Shown here in pieces: positions 21,323-29,335 of a DNA stretch of 64,000 bases. The notes beneath the pieces are model-generated. The model did no database searches, was not told where the DNA came from, and saw only the letters and a list, made by a program, of their open reading frames with translations. Source of the DNA: Polyangiales bacterium (GTDB lineage: Bacteria; Myxococcota_A; Polyangia; Polyangiales; JADJQN01); assembly GCA_964202905.1 (NCBI GenBank), contig CAXNJO010000004.1:322345-386344 (forward strand). Reading direction: 5' to 3'. Numbering within the stretch: position 1 is the stretch's first letter; each line of letters begins with the position of its first letter. Position numbers and translations under genes: made by a program.

Positions 21323-22378
21323 TCAACGCCCGTCGTCGATCACGAAGAGCGCGTCGCCGTCGTGTTCGAGCGGCACCGCGTCGAGGGATGCGCCCTTGCA
21401 CGGGCCGTGGACGCAGAGGCCGTCCTCGCGGCGGAACCGCGCCCCGTGCGTGGCGCAGAGCAGCTCCGCGCCGTCCGGCGTGAGGTAGCGACGGCTCCCG
21501 GCGTCGAGGAGGATCGGCAGGTGCTTGCACACGTTGCGAAACGCGCGCGGCGTGCCCGCGGCGTCGCGCAGCACGAGCGCCTCGCGCCGCATCCCGCCCG
21601 CGCTCGGCGCAAAGCGGACCGCGCGCACCTCGCCGGGCGACGAGGGTGGCCAGCGAGCCCGCGGGGATGTCGGACGGGGGGCCCGCGCGCTCACGCGCCC
21701 TCGGCGCGGCGCGATCTCGGTGTAGACGCGGCGCGCGCGCACGGAAACGAGCTTCCGCTCGGGCAGGATGGCGGCCGTCAGCTCGCGCCCGTAGACGCAG
21801 CCCGTGTCGAGGCCGAGCGCGAAGTCCGTGCGCTGCAGCCCGCGCACCGCGTCGTGGCCGAAGAGCACGAAGGGCGGCCCCTTCCACCGGCGCGCCCAGG
21901 GCACACCCTCGCCCGCGCGCGTCGAGAGCTTGCCGCCGGGCAGCACGCTGCGGAGGTTGAGCATCACGTCGGGATCCTGCTTGTCGAGCTTCACGCCGGG
22001 CGCGAGCCCCCCGTGCACGACGAGGGTGTCGGCTTCGAGCGCGAGCGTGTACGGCAGCGTCGCGAGCCACGCGAGGTGCGCGTCCGTCGAGCTGCGAGAG
22101 CGCCTGCTGCGCGCTGCGACCGAGGCGCGGCGGCTCCTTCTTGCGATCGACCGCCTGCTTCCAGCGGATGAGCGCCTCGTCGTGGTTGCCGCGCACCGCG
22201 AGCATGCCCGGCGTCGCGCGCGTACTCCACCACGAGGCGGCTCTCGGGCCCCTTGCGCGACGAGGTCGCCGACGAGCACGACGCGGTCGTCCTCGCCGGG
22301 CTTGCAAGCGCGCACGAGCGCCTCGAGCTCGGCGATGCAGCCGTGGACGTCGCCGATCACGATGGTGCGCGGACCCAC
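21323..22378 (-). CDS. ApaH-like metallophosphoesterase (bis(5'-nucleosyl)-tetraphosphatase family) fused to a C-terminal Rieske [2Fe-2S] domain. The central ~55 codons are out of frame (three apparent +1 shifts).
   Basis: N-terminus MGPRTIVIGDVHGCIAELEAL...VVLVGDLV. Frames B and C carry RLVVEYARDAG and MLAVRGNHDEALIRWKQ. Back in frame: TDAHLAWLATLPYTLALEADTLVVHGG...LFGHD. C-terminus CKH-x21-CATH...CVHGPCKG is a CxH...CxxH Rieske signature. Confidence 0.6.
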   Translation of the reverse strand: MGPRTIVIGDVHGCIAELEALVRACKPGEDDRVVLVGDLVAQGAREPPRGGVRARRRACSRCAATTTRRSSAGSRRSIARRSRRASVAARSRRSRSSTDAHLAWLATLPYTLALEADTLVVHGGLAPGVKLDKQDPDVMLNLRSVLPGGKLSTRAGEGVPWARRWKGPPFVLFGHDAVRGLQRTDFALGLDTGCVYGRELTAAILPERKLVSVRARRVYTEIAPRRGRVSARAPRPTSPRARWPPSSPGEVRAVRFAPSAGGMRREALVLRDAAGTPRAFRNVCKHLPILLDAGSRRYLTPDGAELLCATHGARFRREDGLCVHGPCKGASLDAVPLEHDGDALFVIDDGR

Positions 22379-22518
22379 GCGCGCAGTCGTGAAAGCAACG
22401 GGCGCCTCGCGTCAAGCCGCGTAGGCGCCCGTCACCGAGATTCCTTCGAGATTCACGCCCGCGTCGCGCGAGCGATGCGCGCTCGGGGCCGCCGGGCGCG
22501 ATCTGCGCGGACGCGAAC

Positions 22519-23099
22519 TCAGAAACAGGAGGTGTAGTCGTTCGAGCAGGTCGCCGTCGGGAGCACGCGATTCGCGCAGTCGCCGAAGGCCGTGCGCTGC
22601 GTCGAACAGAAGCTCGTTCCGCAGTTCATGTCCATGCTGGTGGCGCAGTTGGCCTGGAAGCAGCAGTCGAACGCGTTCCACTGCGCGAGGCAGCCGTTCG
22701 TCGTTGGCGCAGGCGATGACGTTGATGTTCGCGCAAGCCGAACAATCACCGCTCGGGTCGGCGTCGAGGCAGTCGCCGACGCACGTGCCCGTCGTGCAAC
22801 CGTCGATGCACGACTGGGTCGCCGCGCCGCAGTAGGGCCCCGCCACGTAGTCGATCGGCTCGTTCACGCAGGCGCTGCCCATGTCGCGCCCACCGAGATC
22901 GACCATCGGCCCCGTGCCCATGTCGCGCACGCCGAGGTCGGTGCCGCCCCCTCCGCCGAGGTCGGTCGCCTCCTCCTCCGTCGACCATCACGACCGGGCC
23001 GCTGCCCCCGCGTCGTCGCCCGCCGTCGGAGCACGCGCTGGCCGCGACGAGAAGGGCGCCCATTCCACACATGAATACGAAGGTCTGTCGGTTCATCAC
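22519..23099 (-). pseudogene. Cys-rich secreted lipoprotein gene interrupted by two apparent frameshifts (signal peptide, Gly/Asp-rich DLGG repeats and the Cys-rich domain lie in three different frames)
   Basis: Frame 1: MMNRQTFVFMCGMGALLVAASACSDGG. Frame 2: TDLGGGGGTDLGVRDMGTGPMVDLGGRDMGSACVNEPIDYVAGPYCGAATQSCIDGCTTGTCVGDCLDADPSGDCSACANINVIACANDE. Frame 3: NGCLAQWNAFDCCFQANCATSMDMNCGTSFCSTQRTAFGDCANRVLPTATCSNDYTSCF then stop. Shift sites are near 22960-22975 and 22695-22710. Confidence 0.55.
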
Positions 23100-23211
23100 G
23101 GTACGCTCCTGTGTCCGCGCCGATCCCGCGCGGCGAGGCGCCGACTCTGAAACAGGACCTCCGGCGCGGCAAGCGACGGCCGGCGTCGCGGCTGCGTCAA
23201 GGCGCGGCTCG

Positions 23212-24075
23212 TCAGGTCGCGGCGGGCTCGGCGCGGCGCGCGGCGTGGGCGGCCGCCGTCGTGAGCGGGCCGATCGCGGACCAGGGCTTGTCCTCGCTGT
23301 GGCGCAGCACCCCGCGCCGCGAGGTCAGCACCTCGCAGCCGGTGCGCGTGACGAGCAGCGTGTGCTCGAACTGCGCGCTGAGGGAGCGGTCCTTGGTGAC
23401 GACCGTCCACCCGTCCGCGAGCTCCTCGGTGTGCCAGTCGCCGAGGTTGATCATCGGCTCGATCGTGAAGACCCACCCGGCCTTCATCCGCTTGTTCTGC
23501 CGCGGATCGAAGAAGTGCGGGACCTGCGGCGCGGTGTGGAACTCGCGGCCGATGCCGTGACCGACGTAGTCGCGGACGACGGAACAGCCCTGTTTCTCGG
23601 CGAATTCCTGGATCGCGGCGCCGACGTCGCCGATGCGCGCGCCGTCCTTCACGACCGAGACGCCGAGCTCGAGCGCGTGGCGGGCGACCTCGGTGACCTT
23701 CTTCGCCGCCCCGCTCGGCTCACCGATGTAGAAGGTCGCGCTCGTGTCGCCGTGCCAGCCGTGCTTCGCAGGGAGGTACGAGGTGACGTCCACGTTGACG
23801 ATGTCGCCATCCGCGAGGACCCGCTTGCTCGGGATGCCGTGGCAGACGACCTCGTTGGGGCTCGTGCACACGCTCTTCGGGAAGCCCTTGTAGTTGAGCG
23901 GCGAGGGATACGCGCCGTGCGCGAGCGTGTAGTCGTGGACGAGGACGTCGATGTCGTTCGTCGTCATGCCGGCGCGCAGATTCTCTCCCACCATCAGGAG
24001 CGTGTCCGCCGCGAGCTGGCAGGCGGCCCGCATCTTGTCGATCATCGCGGGCGTGAGGATCTCGGGGTTCGACAT
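23212..24075 (-). CDS. map: type I methionine aminopeptidase
   Basis: Metal-ligand context VCHGIP, DIVNVDV, HGWHGD, GHGIGREFHT, FTIEPM. 287 aa. Confidence 0.9.
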   Translation of the reverse strand: MSNPEILTPAMIDKMRAACQLAADTLLMVGENLRAGMTTNDIDVLVHDYTLAHGAYPSPLNYKGFPKSVCTSPNEVVCHGIPSKRVLADGDIVNVDVTSYLPAKHGWHGDTSATFYIGEPSGAAKKVTEVARHALELGVSVVKDGARIGDVGAAIQEFAEKQGCSVVRDYVGHGIGREFHTAPQVPHFFDPRQNKRMKAGWVFTIEPMINLGDWHTEELADGWTVVTKDRSLSAQFEHTLLVTRTGCEVLTSRRGVLRHSEDKPWSAIGPLTTAAAHAARRAEPAAT

Positions 24076-24108
24076 CGGCGGGCGCGCTCCTCCAGGATGG
24101 CCCGGCGT

Positions 24109-25680
24109 TCATGGGACGGGGCGGTCGCTCGCGCAAGATGCTGCGTCCCCCGCGGACGGCGAGGCGGAGGCCGCGGGCGCCTCCCCGAGGAAGCGTCCGC
24201 GCAGGTAATACGCGGCATACGCGAGCGCCGAGACGACGTTGCCGAGGGCGATCGCGTTCCACAGCCACGGTCGCGCGAGGCCGAGAGGGCCCGTCACGAG
24301 CCACGCGAGCGGGATCGTCAGACCAAGCAACACGACGACGTCGAGCAGGAGGCTCGGCAGCGTCGCGCCCGCGCCCGACATCGCCTGCGAGAGCACGACC
24401 CCGACGCCGAGCACCGCGTACGTCACGCCGACGCGCCACAGGTACTCTTCGCCGGCGACGAGCACGGCCGGCGACGCATCGAAGAACGCCATGATCGGCC
24501 CGGAAAATGCGAGGTAGAGCGCGCTCAGCGCGACCATCGAAGGACGCGTTGAACAACGCCGCCCAGAGCCCGGCGCGCCGCGCGCGTTCGCGCAGAGCCC
24601 GCGCCGAGGTTGACGCCGACGTAGGTGGAGGCCGCCGCGCCCCAGCCCATGCCGACGAAGAGCGCCATCGTCTCGAGGCGCAGGCAGATGCTGTAGGCCG
24701 TGAGCGCCGAGGCATCCTCGCGCGCTCGTGTGGTGCGCGGTGAGCAGCGCGATGAACACGAGGATCGACGAGACGCGGAGCACGAACTGCGCGCTCGAGG
24801 GCCAGCCGATGCGCACGAGCCGGCGCAGCTCGGCGCGATCGGGCACCAGCCGCGCGAGCCGGAACGGCGGCGCATCGCGATCCACGAGCAGCATCGCGGC
24901 CCCGACGAGCACCGGCGCCGTGCGCCCGGCCAGCGTCGCCCACGCCGCACCGAGCACGCCGAGCCGCGGCGCCCCGATCGCCTCCGCGAGCGGCGCACAG
25001 AACGCGAGCGCGGCGGGGTACTCGCCGGAGCCGTAGATGAGGAAGGGGTTGAGCGCGACGTTGAGCACATTGCCCGCGACGAGGAGCGCCGCGGCCGCGG
25101 TGCCACGGCCGCGCGCCCGCAGAATCGCGGTGATTTGCAGGAGAAAGAAGATCGAGAAGCAGCCGCCGAGCAACACCTGCAGATACGACGAGGCGAGGTC
25201 CGCGACCTCGCCCTGCGCGCGCATGACGCCGCGCACGACGACATCGTGCCCGACGAGCCCGAGCACGCCGAACGCGAGCGAGAGCGCGCCGACGAGCAGC
25301 AGCGACTGCCAGGTCGCGCGCGCGACGCCCGCTGTGTCGCCCGCCCCGAGGCGCCGCGCGATGAGCGCGACGGTGGCCGTCGAGACGCCGTTGGAGAGGA
25401 TGGTCGCGACCGCCGCGATCATGTCGCAGATGCCGAGCGCCGCGAGCCCGGCGCCGCCGTTCGGCAGCTGCCCGATCATGAACATGTCGACGAGGTTGAA
25501 CGTGGTGTGCAGCGCCATCCCGACGACGAGCGGGAACCCGAAGCGCGCGACCCCCGCCGCCAGCGGACCGTTCACGATGCGCGCGAGCGCCGCGTCGCCG
25601 GCCGTGCAAGCGGGCGCGTCGTCGACGTCGTGGGACGCGGTTTGCGGTGCATTCACGGCACTGTGATCACAACGCAGCAC
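24109..25680 (-). CDS. MATE family efflux transporter (NorM-like). A ~55-codon internal segment is in another frame (two apparent frameshifts near 24725 and 24570).
   Basis: Twelve-TM-like hydrophobic profile. N-terminus FGFPLVVGMALHTTFNLVDMFMIGQL. The conserved ALTAYSICLRLETMALFVGMGWGAAASTYVGVNLGAG segment is found only in the frame of ORF 24525..25244. The C-terminus is back in the original frame. Confidence 0.7.
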   Translation of the reverse strand: MLRCDHSAVNAPQTASHDVDDAPACTAGDAALARIVNGPLAAGVARFGFPLVVGMALHTTFNLVDMFMIGQLPNGGAGLAALGICDMIAAVATILSNGVSTATVALIARRLGAGDTAGVARATWQSLLLVGALSLAFGVLGLVGHDVVVRGVMRAQGEVADLASSYLQVLLGGCFSIFFLLQITAILRARGRGTAAAALLVAGNVLNVALNPFLIYGSGEYPAALAFCAPLAEAIGAPRLGVLGAAWATLAGRTAPVLVGAAMLLVDRDAPPFRLARLVPDRAELRRLVRIGWPSSAQFVLRVSSILVFIALLTAHHTSARGCLGAHGLQHLPAPRDDGALRRHGLGRGGLHLRRRQPRRGLCANARGAPGSGRRCSTRPSMVALSALYLAFSGPIMAFFDASPAVLVAGEEYLWRVGVTYAVLGVGVVLSQAMSGAGATLPSLLLDVVVLLGLTIPLAWLVTGPLGLARPWLWNAIALGNVVSALAYAAYYLRGRFLGEAPAASASPSAGDAASCASDRPVP

Positions 25681-26050
25681 GCGGGGCTGCGCAAGGAATG
25701 CGCGGAGAGGGTCACGCCAAGCCGACCCGCCGAGCCGGACGAGACCATCGTGGAGCGCCTGGACGCTCGGACCACCTCCGTGTTACCCAGACCATCTTGC
25801 AAGATCGTTTTACATCCTGGACCCACCATGACGTCGCCTCCGGCGCACTGAGCGGGACGCCGCGGCCCGCGCGGAGCGATGCGCCGCCCCGACGCATCAG
25901 CTCCTCGCCGCCCGGAGGGTGCCTCGCAGAAGCGGTCGCCGACGAAGTCACCGCGCGCCATTCCGCACCCGCATCTCGGGTGCATCCGGAAGCAGGCCGA
26001 ACGACCATCGCTCTCCACTCGCCGTCTCTGCATCAGGGGAATCCACGCGC

Positions 26051-28192
26051 ATGAGCAACTCGAATCAGTGGGCCGAACAGATGGCCGCCATGTTCGCGGC
26101 TGCCAACGTCGAGGCGGCCAAGAACGCGCTCCAGGCGCGGGCGACGACGACCGAACTCGAAGAGGCGCGCGAAGAGCTCCGCGCCGCCGAGGCGAAACAC
26201 GCAGCGAATCTCGAAGAGTACAAAGAGGTCATCGAACGTTTCGATACCCTGGCCGCGGCGGGATGGCCCGGGAGCGTCAAAGGGTGTTTCGGGGGCGCTG
26301 GGATTCTGGCTTTCGGCTTTTTCATTTCTCTCTGCGCAGGCGGCCATCCAGTCCTGACGGTGTTGCTATTGTTGATCGGAGGCCTTCTTGGCCTCTTCGG
26401 ATTTAGCGACCTCGAGAACTGGAAACGCCTCGCCGGCGCCCTTGCTCGCGAGCGTGATGAAGTTCGCGCGCGCGTGAAACACAGCGCAGAAACGGGCATA
26501 GCGATCACGACTCGCGGTCAGCAAATCGCAACCACGCTCGCCAACCTGGACTTAAAATCTCGGGTCATGACCTTGGGGCAAGTCTGGTTACCACTTCGAG
26601 TCGTCCAGGTTGGCGGCTATTCCGCGCTCGTCGACGAGTCTGGATGCGTCCCGGCGACCACGATCGCGCTTCCCGAGTTGCAGGCGAGCGACGATGTCCT
26701 CGGAAACGTCGAACGAGCGGTGAAGGCTGCCGAGCGTCGTCCGGTGTTGCTATCGGCCTCGGTCGACAACGGTCGCCCAACAACCCCCGGAATCCTTCAC
26801 GGCGAGGAGCTCCAACTCGCCGATGCGATGCGCGAGTTCAGCCGGATGGTCGACGGCGCACAGGTGCACCAATCGGAGGTTCGTCTCGTGGCGCGCGAGG
26901 ATGCGGTCGCCACGATGGCGCGTAAGGTCGGCGCGACTGAGAACCGTAAGGGCCCGATCCTCCGCGCCGGCGGTGACGCGAAATCCGCGGCCGCCAACAT
27001 CTCGGCCGTCCTCGGTCGGTCTCGCGCAGCCGGCACCAACACCCGCGATCGGCTCGCGCGCGCGGCATCCGACCTTCAGCGCGCGACCAACTCGCTGGGT
27101 GCGCTCCGCACACGGGCGGTGCAATCCGTACACGCCGCGGTCGCGGCCGTCGTCGAGCGCTCTCACTACGTCCACACTGTCGTCTACTGTCCCAAATGCA
27201 ATCAGGTTCCGGCCTACCTCTTCCACCGTGTCGGGCTCGAAGAATCCACCGTGCATGAGCTCTCGCCCGTCGAGATTCTCGACCGCATCGACCGCGACCC
27301 CGAATCGAGCGCACGCGTCGAGCGCGAGCCGGAGCTCCTCGACGAACTCGCGCAGGTCATCCTCAAGCTTCAGGAATTGCGGGCCATCGCGACGTCGACC
27401 GAGAGAATCTTCGAGGAGAAGCGGCAATCAGGGACCGTCGTGATCACGGAACTGCGCGCCCTCGAGGCCACCCTCCGCGCGCAGCGTTCGGAATGCGACA
27501 AACACGCACTTCAACTTCGTGGTTGCGTTCGTCGGATCGTCACCGGATCGATTCGGCCGCTGACCGAACTCTCCCGGCAGGCGTCGCTCATGCTGAACCC
27601 CGACACCCATCACTGGTCATGCGCCTCGTGCGCAACGACCTTCGAAGACCCGGCCATCGTACGGATGGGAGAGGTGCTTCGCATCCGCGACGAACTCATG
27701 AGTCCAATGTGGAACCATCTCTGGACGGAAAAGGCGGATTTCTGTCGCAGCGAGCTCTTCCGCTCGAATGAGCAAGTCGCGAACCTGATCGAGCGCGAGA
27801 CGGGCGCGATGCGCGACGTCGCGGAGCAGTACCGCGCCGACATGCGCCCCGTCCGCGAAAACCTGATTCTCTCGGTGACGAATGCCCTCGCTGGTCGGGA
27901 GCGACTGCATGCCACGCAGCAGAGCCTCGTCGCGCTGGGCGTCAGCAGCCGTGAAGCCGTCGAGAAGAACATGGAGGCCGTCGACGAGATGTTCGGCGGC
28001 GACCTCAACGCCATGCGCGCCCGCGTGGAGGCCAAGGAGACCATCCTCGTCCAGCTTCCGGCGACGCTCATCGGAACACGCCCCACGCTGCGTGACCCGA
28101 TCGAGCAGCACAAGGACGCTACGGAGATCTTCCATCGGCGGTTGACGGTCGAGACGCCGCGGCTCGCGAGCGACACGGCGGGAGAAGGCTGA
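26051..28192 (+). CDS. Island gene A: 713-aa uncharacterized membrane-anchored coiled-coil protein. It has an N-terminal helical region, a 2-TM hairpin, a large cytoplasmic domain and two Cys pairs (CPKC...CASC).
   Basis: ATG at 26051 (MSNSNQWAEQMAAMF) with AGGGGAA upstream. TM segment GILAFGFFISLCAGGHPVLTVLLLLIGGLLGLFGF. I recognise no catalytic motif. The stop overlaps the next start (TGATG). Confidence 0.6.
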   Translation: MSNSNQWAEQMAAMFAAANVEAAKNALQARATTTELEEAREELRAAEAKHAANLEEYKEVIERFDTLAAAGWPGSVKGCFGGAGILAFGFFISLCAGGHPVLTVLLLLIGGLLGLFGFSDLENWKRLAGALARERDEVRARVKHSAETGIAITTRGQQIATTLANLDLKSRVMTLGQVWLPLRVVQVGGYSALVDESGCVPATTIALPELQASDDVLGNVERAVKAAERRPVLLSASVDNGRPTTPGILHGEELQLADAMREFSRMVDGAQVHQSEVRLVAREDAVATMARKVGATENRKGPILRAGGDAKSAAANISAVLGRSRAAGTNTRDRLARAASDLQRATNSLGALRTRAVQSVHAAVAAVVERSHYVHTVVYCPKCNQVPAYLFHRVGLEESTVHELSPVEILDRIDRDPESSARVEREPELLDELAQVILKLQELRAIATSTERIFEEKRQSGTVVITELRALEATLRAQRSECDKHALQLRGCVRRIVTGSIRPLTELSRQASLMLNPDTHHWSCASCATTFEDPAIVRMGEVLRIRDELMSPMWNHLWTEKADFCRSELFRSNEQVANLIERETGAMRDVAEQYRADMRPVRENLILSVTNALAGRERLHATQQSLVALGVSSREAVEKNMEAVDEMFGGDLNAMRARVEAKETILVQLPATLIGTRPTLRDPIEQHKDATEIFHRRLTVETPRLASDTAGEG

Positions 28193-29334
28193 TGGCCGAG
28201 GGCGGAATCAGCGCGGGACAAGCGGAGAGCATCGCCCGCAGCGTCGCGCATCAGGTGGTTGCGCCGGTCCAGCGGGAAGTCAATGAACTGCAATCACGCA
28301 TTCGCGAATTGGAGGCGGAGATGGCTCGTGTCGAGGGCGCGATCAGGGACATGCATTCGAGCCTGAGGGATGGGTTGAGTGCTCTGAGGGAGACGAATTC
28401 CGACATCCTCAAAGCGCAGATCGCCACGACGGCCGCGACGACGGTTGGCCTCACGGCCGTGCAGCAGACGAACAGCAGTGGATTCTCCAAGGTCTCCACC
28501 GATCTGAATGTCGTCGATAGCAGCTTGAAGCAGATGAGTCAGGCGCTCGTGCAGATGGAGGTCATCCGCCAGATGCATGAAGTGAAGACGCCCGCGGAGC
28601 AGGTGGAGCGCTTCCAAGAAGAGATTGAGCAGCGATTTTCGAAGGCCGTGGAAAACGTCAACGAGGTGCGACGACAGTACGACGCGATGCAACTCCGCGT
28701 CGCCGACGATCTCGACAAGAAACTGCGTCATATCGGCTCTCACATATACCGCGTATTCGAGGAAGATTTCGAGGAGTTTGCGGAAGGCCCGCTCTCCGCG
28801 CCGTTCGACGCGACTATCGCGCTCGCACTCGAAGTGGACCTCGACGCCATCGAGCGCCGCGCCGAGGCCCTCGAGTCGACCCTCGCAAGTTTCGACGAAG
28901 GCCGTTTGCAGCCCCTGCTCTCCGCGCAATCCGAGCTCGAACACCTGTTCGCGTCGAAATACACCGTCGAAGGCATCACGGAAGAGACCTGCTACGTTCC
29001 CGTTTCGATATGTGAGCTTCAAGAGGGCGACCGCCCCTTAGTCCGCGTCTTGATAGACGAAACGCCGGTAGCGACCTCTGGCGAAGTTCTGACCATGTCT
29101 CTCAAGATGTCAGCCACCGGCCGCGCAATCGCCCAGCGGGTCGACCCGCTCGTCCGCGACCGCTTCAATCGGTTTCCCAAACGCCCGATTCGCCCCGATG
29201 AGCGAAGCAGGCTGAGCGCAGCACTATGGCGACTGGCCGAAGCAGGTCAGATTCCTGCGGAGTTGCTCGACGGCTACATTCTCGTGCTGGAGCAGGCCGA
29301 GCTACAACTCCTCGACGACGGAGAGGTGAAGTGA
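28192..29334 (+). CDS. Island gene B: 380-aa all-helical, coiled-coil-like uncharacterized protein
   Basis: Heptad-like QREVNELQSRIRELEAEMARVEGAIRDM... The start overlaps the gene A stop. The stop lies 1 nt before the gene C ATG. Confidence 0.6.
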   Translation: MAEGGISAGQAESIARSVAHQVVAPVQREVNELQSRIRELEAEMARVEGAIRDMHSSLRDGLSALRETNSDILKAQIATTAATTVGLTAVQQTNSSGFSKVSTDLNVVDSSLKQMSQALVQMEVIRQMHEVKTPAEQVERFQEEIEQRFSKAVENVNEVRRQYDAMQLRVADDLDKKLRHIGSHIYRVFEEDFEEFAEGPLSAPFDATIALALEVDLDAIERRAEALESTLASFDEGRLQPLLSAQSELEHLFASKYTVEGITEETCYVPVSICELQEGDRPLVRVLIDETPVATSGEVLTMSLKMSATGRAIAQRVDPLVRDRFNRFPKRPIRPDERSRLSAALWRLAEAGQIPAELLDGYILVLEQAELQLLDDGEVK

Positions 29335-29335
29335 G

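Noticed and set aside
25797-25821. Sigma-70 promoter cttgcaagatcgttttacatcctgg for the island operon
   Set aside because: The TTGCAA ... TACATC elements have non-canonical spacing. It is plausible but too weak to call without TSS data.
25919-26050. Upstream ATG/GTG start for island gene A (the 757-aa track ORF)
   Set aside because: The extra 44 codons are Arg/Ser-rich and GC-rich, unlike the gene body, and lack an RBS. The ATG at 26051 has AGGGGAA upstream and begins the native-looking MSNSNQWAEQ sequence.
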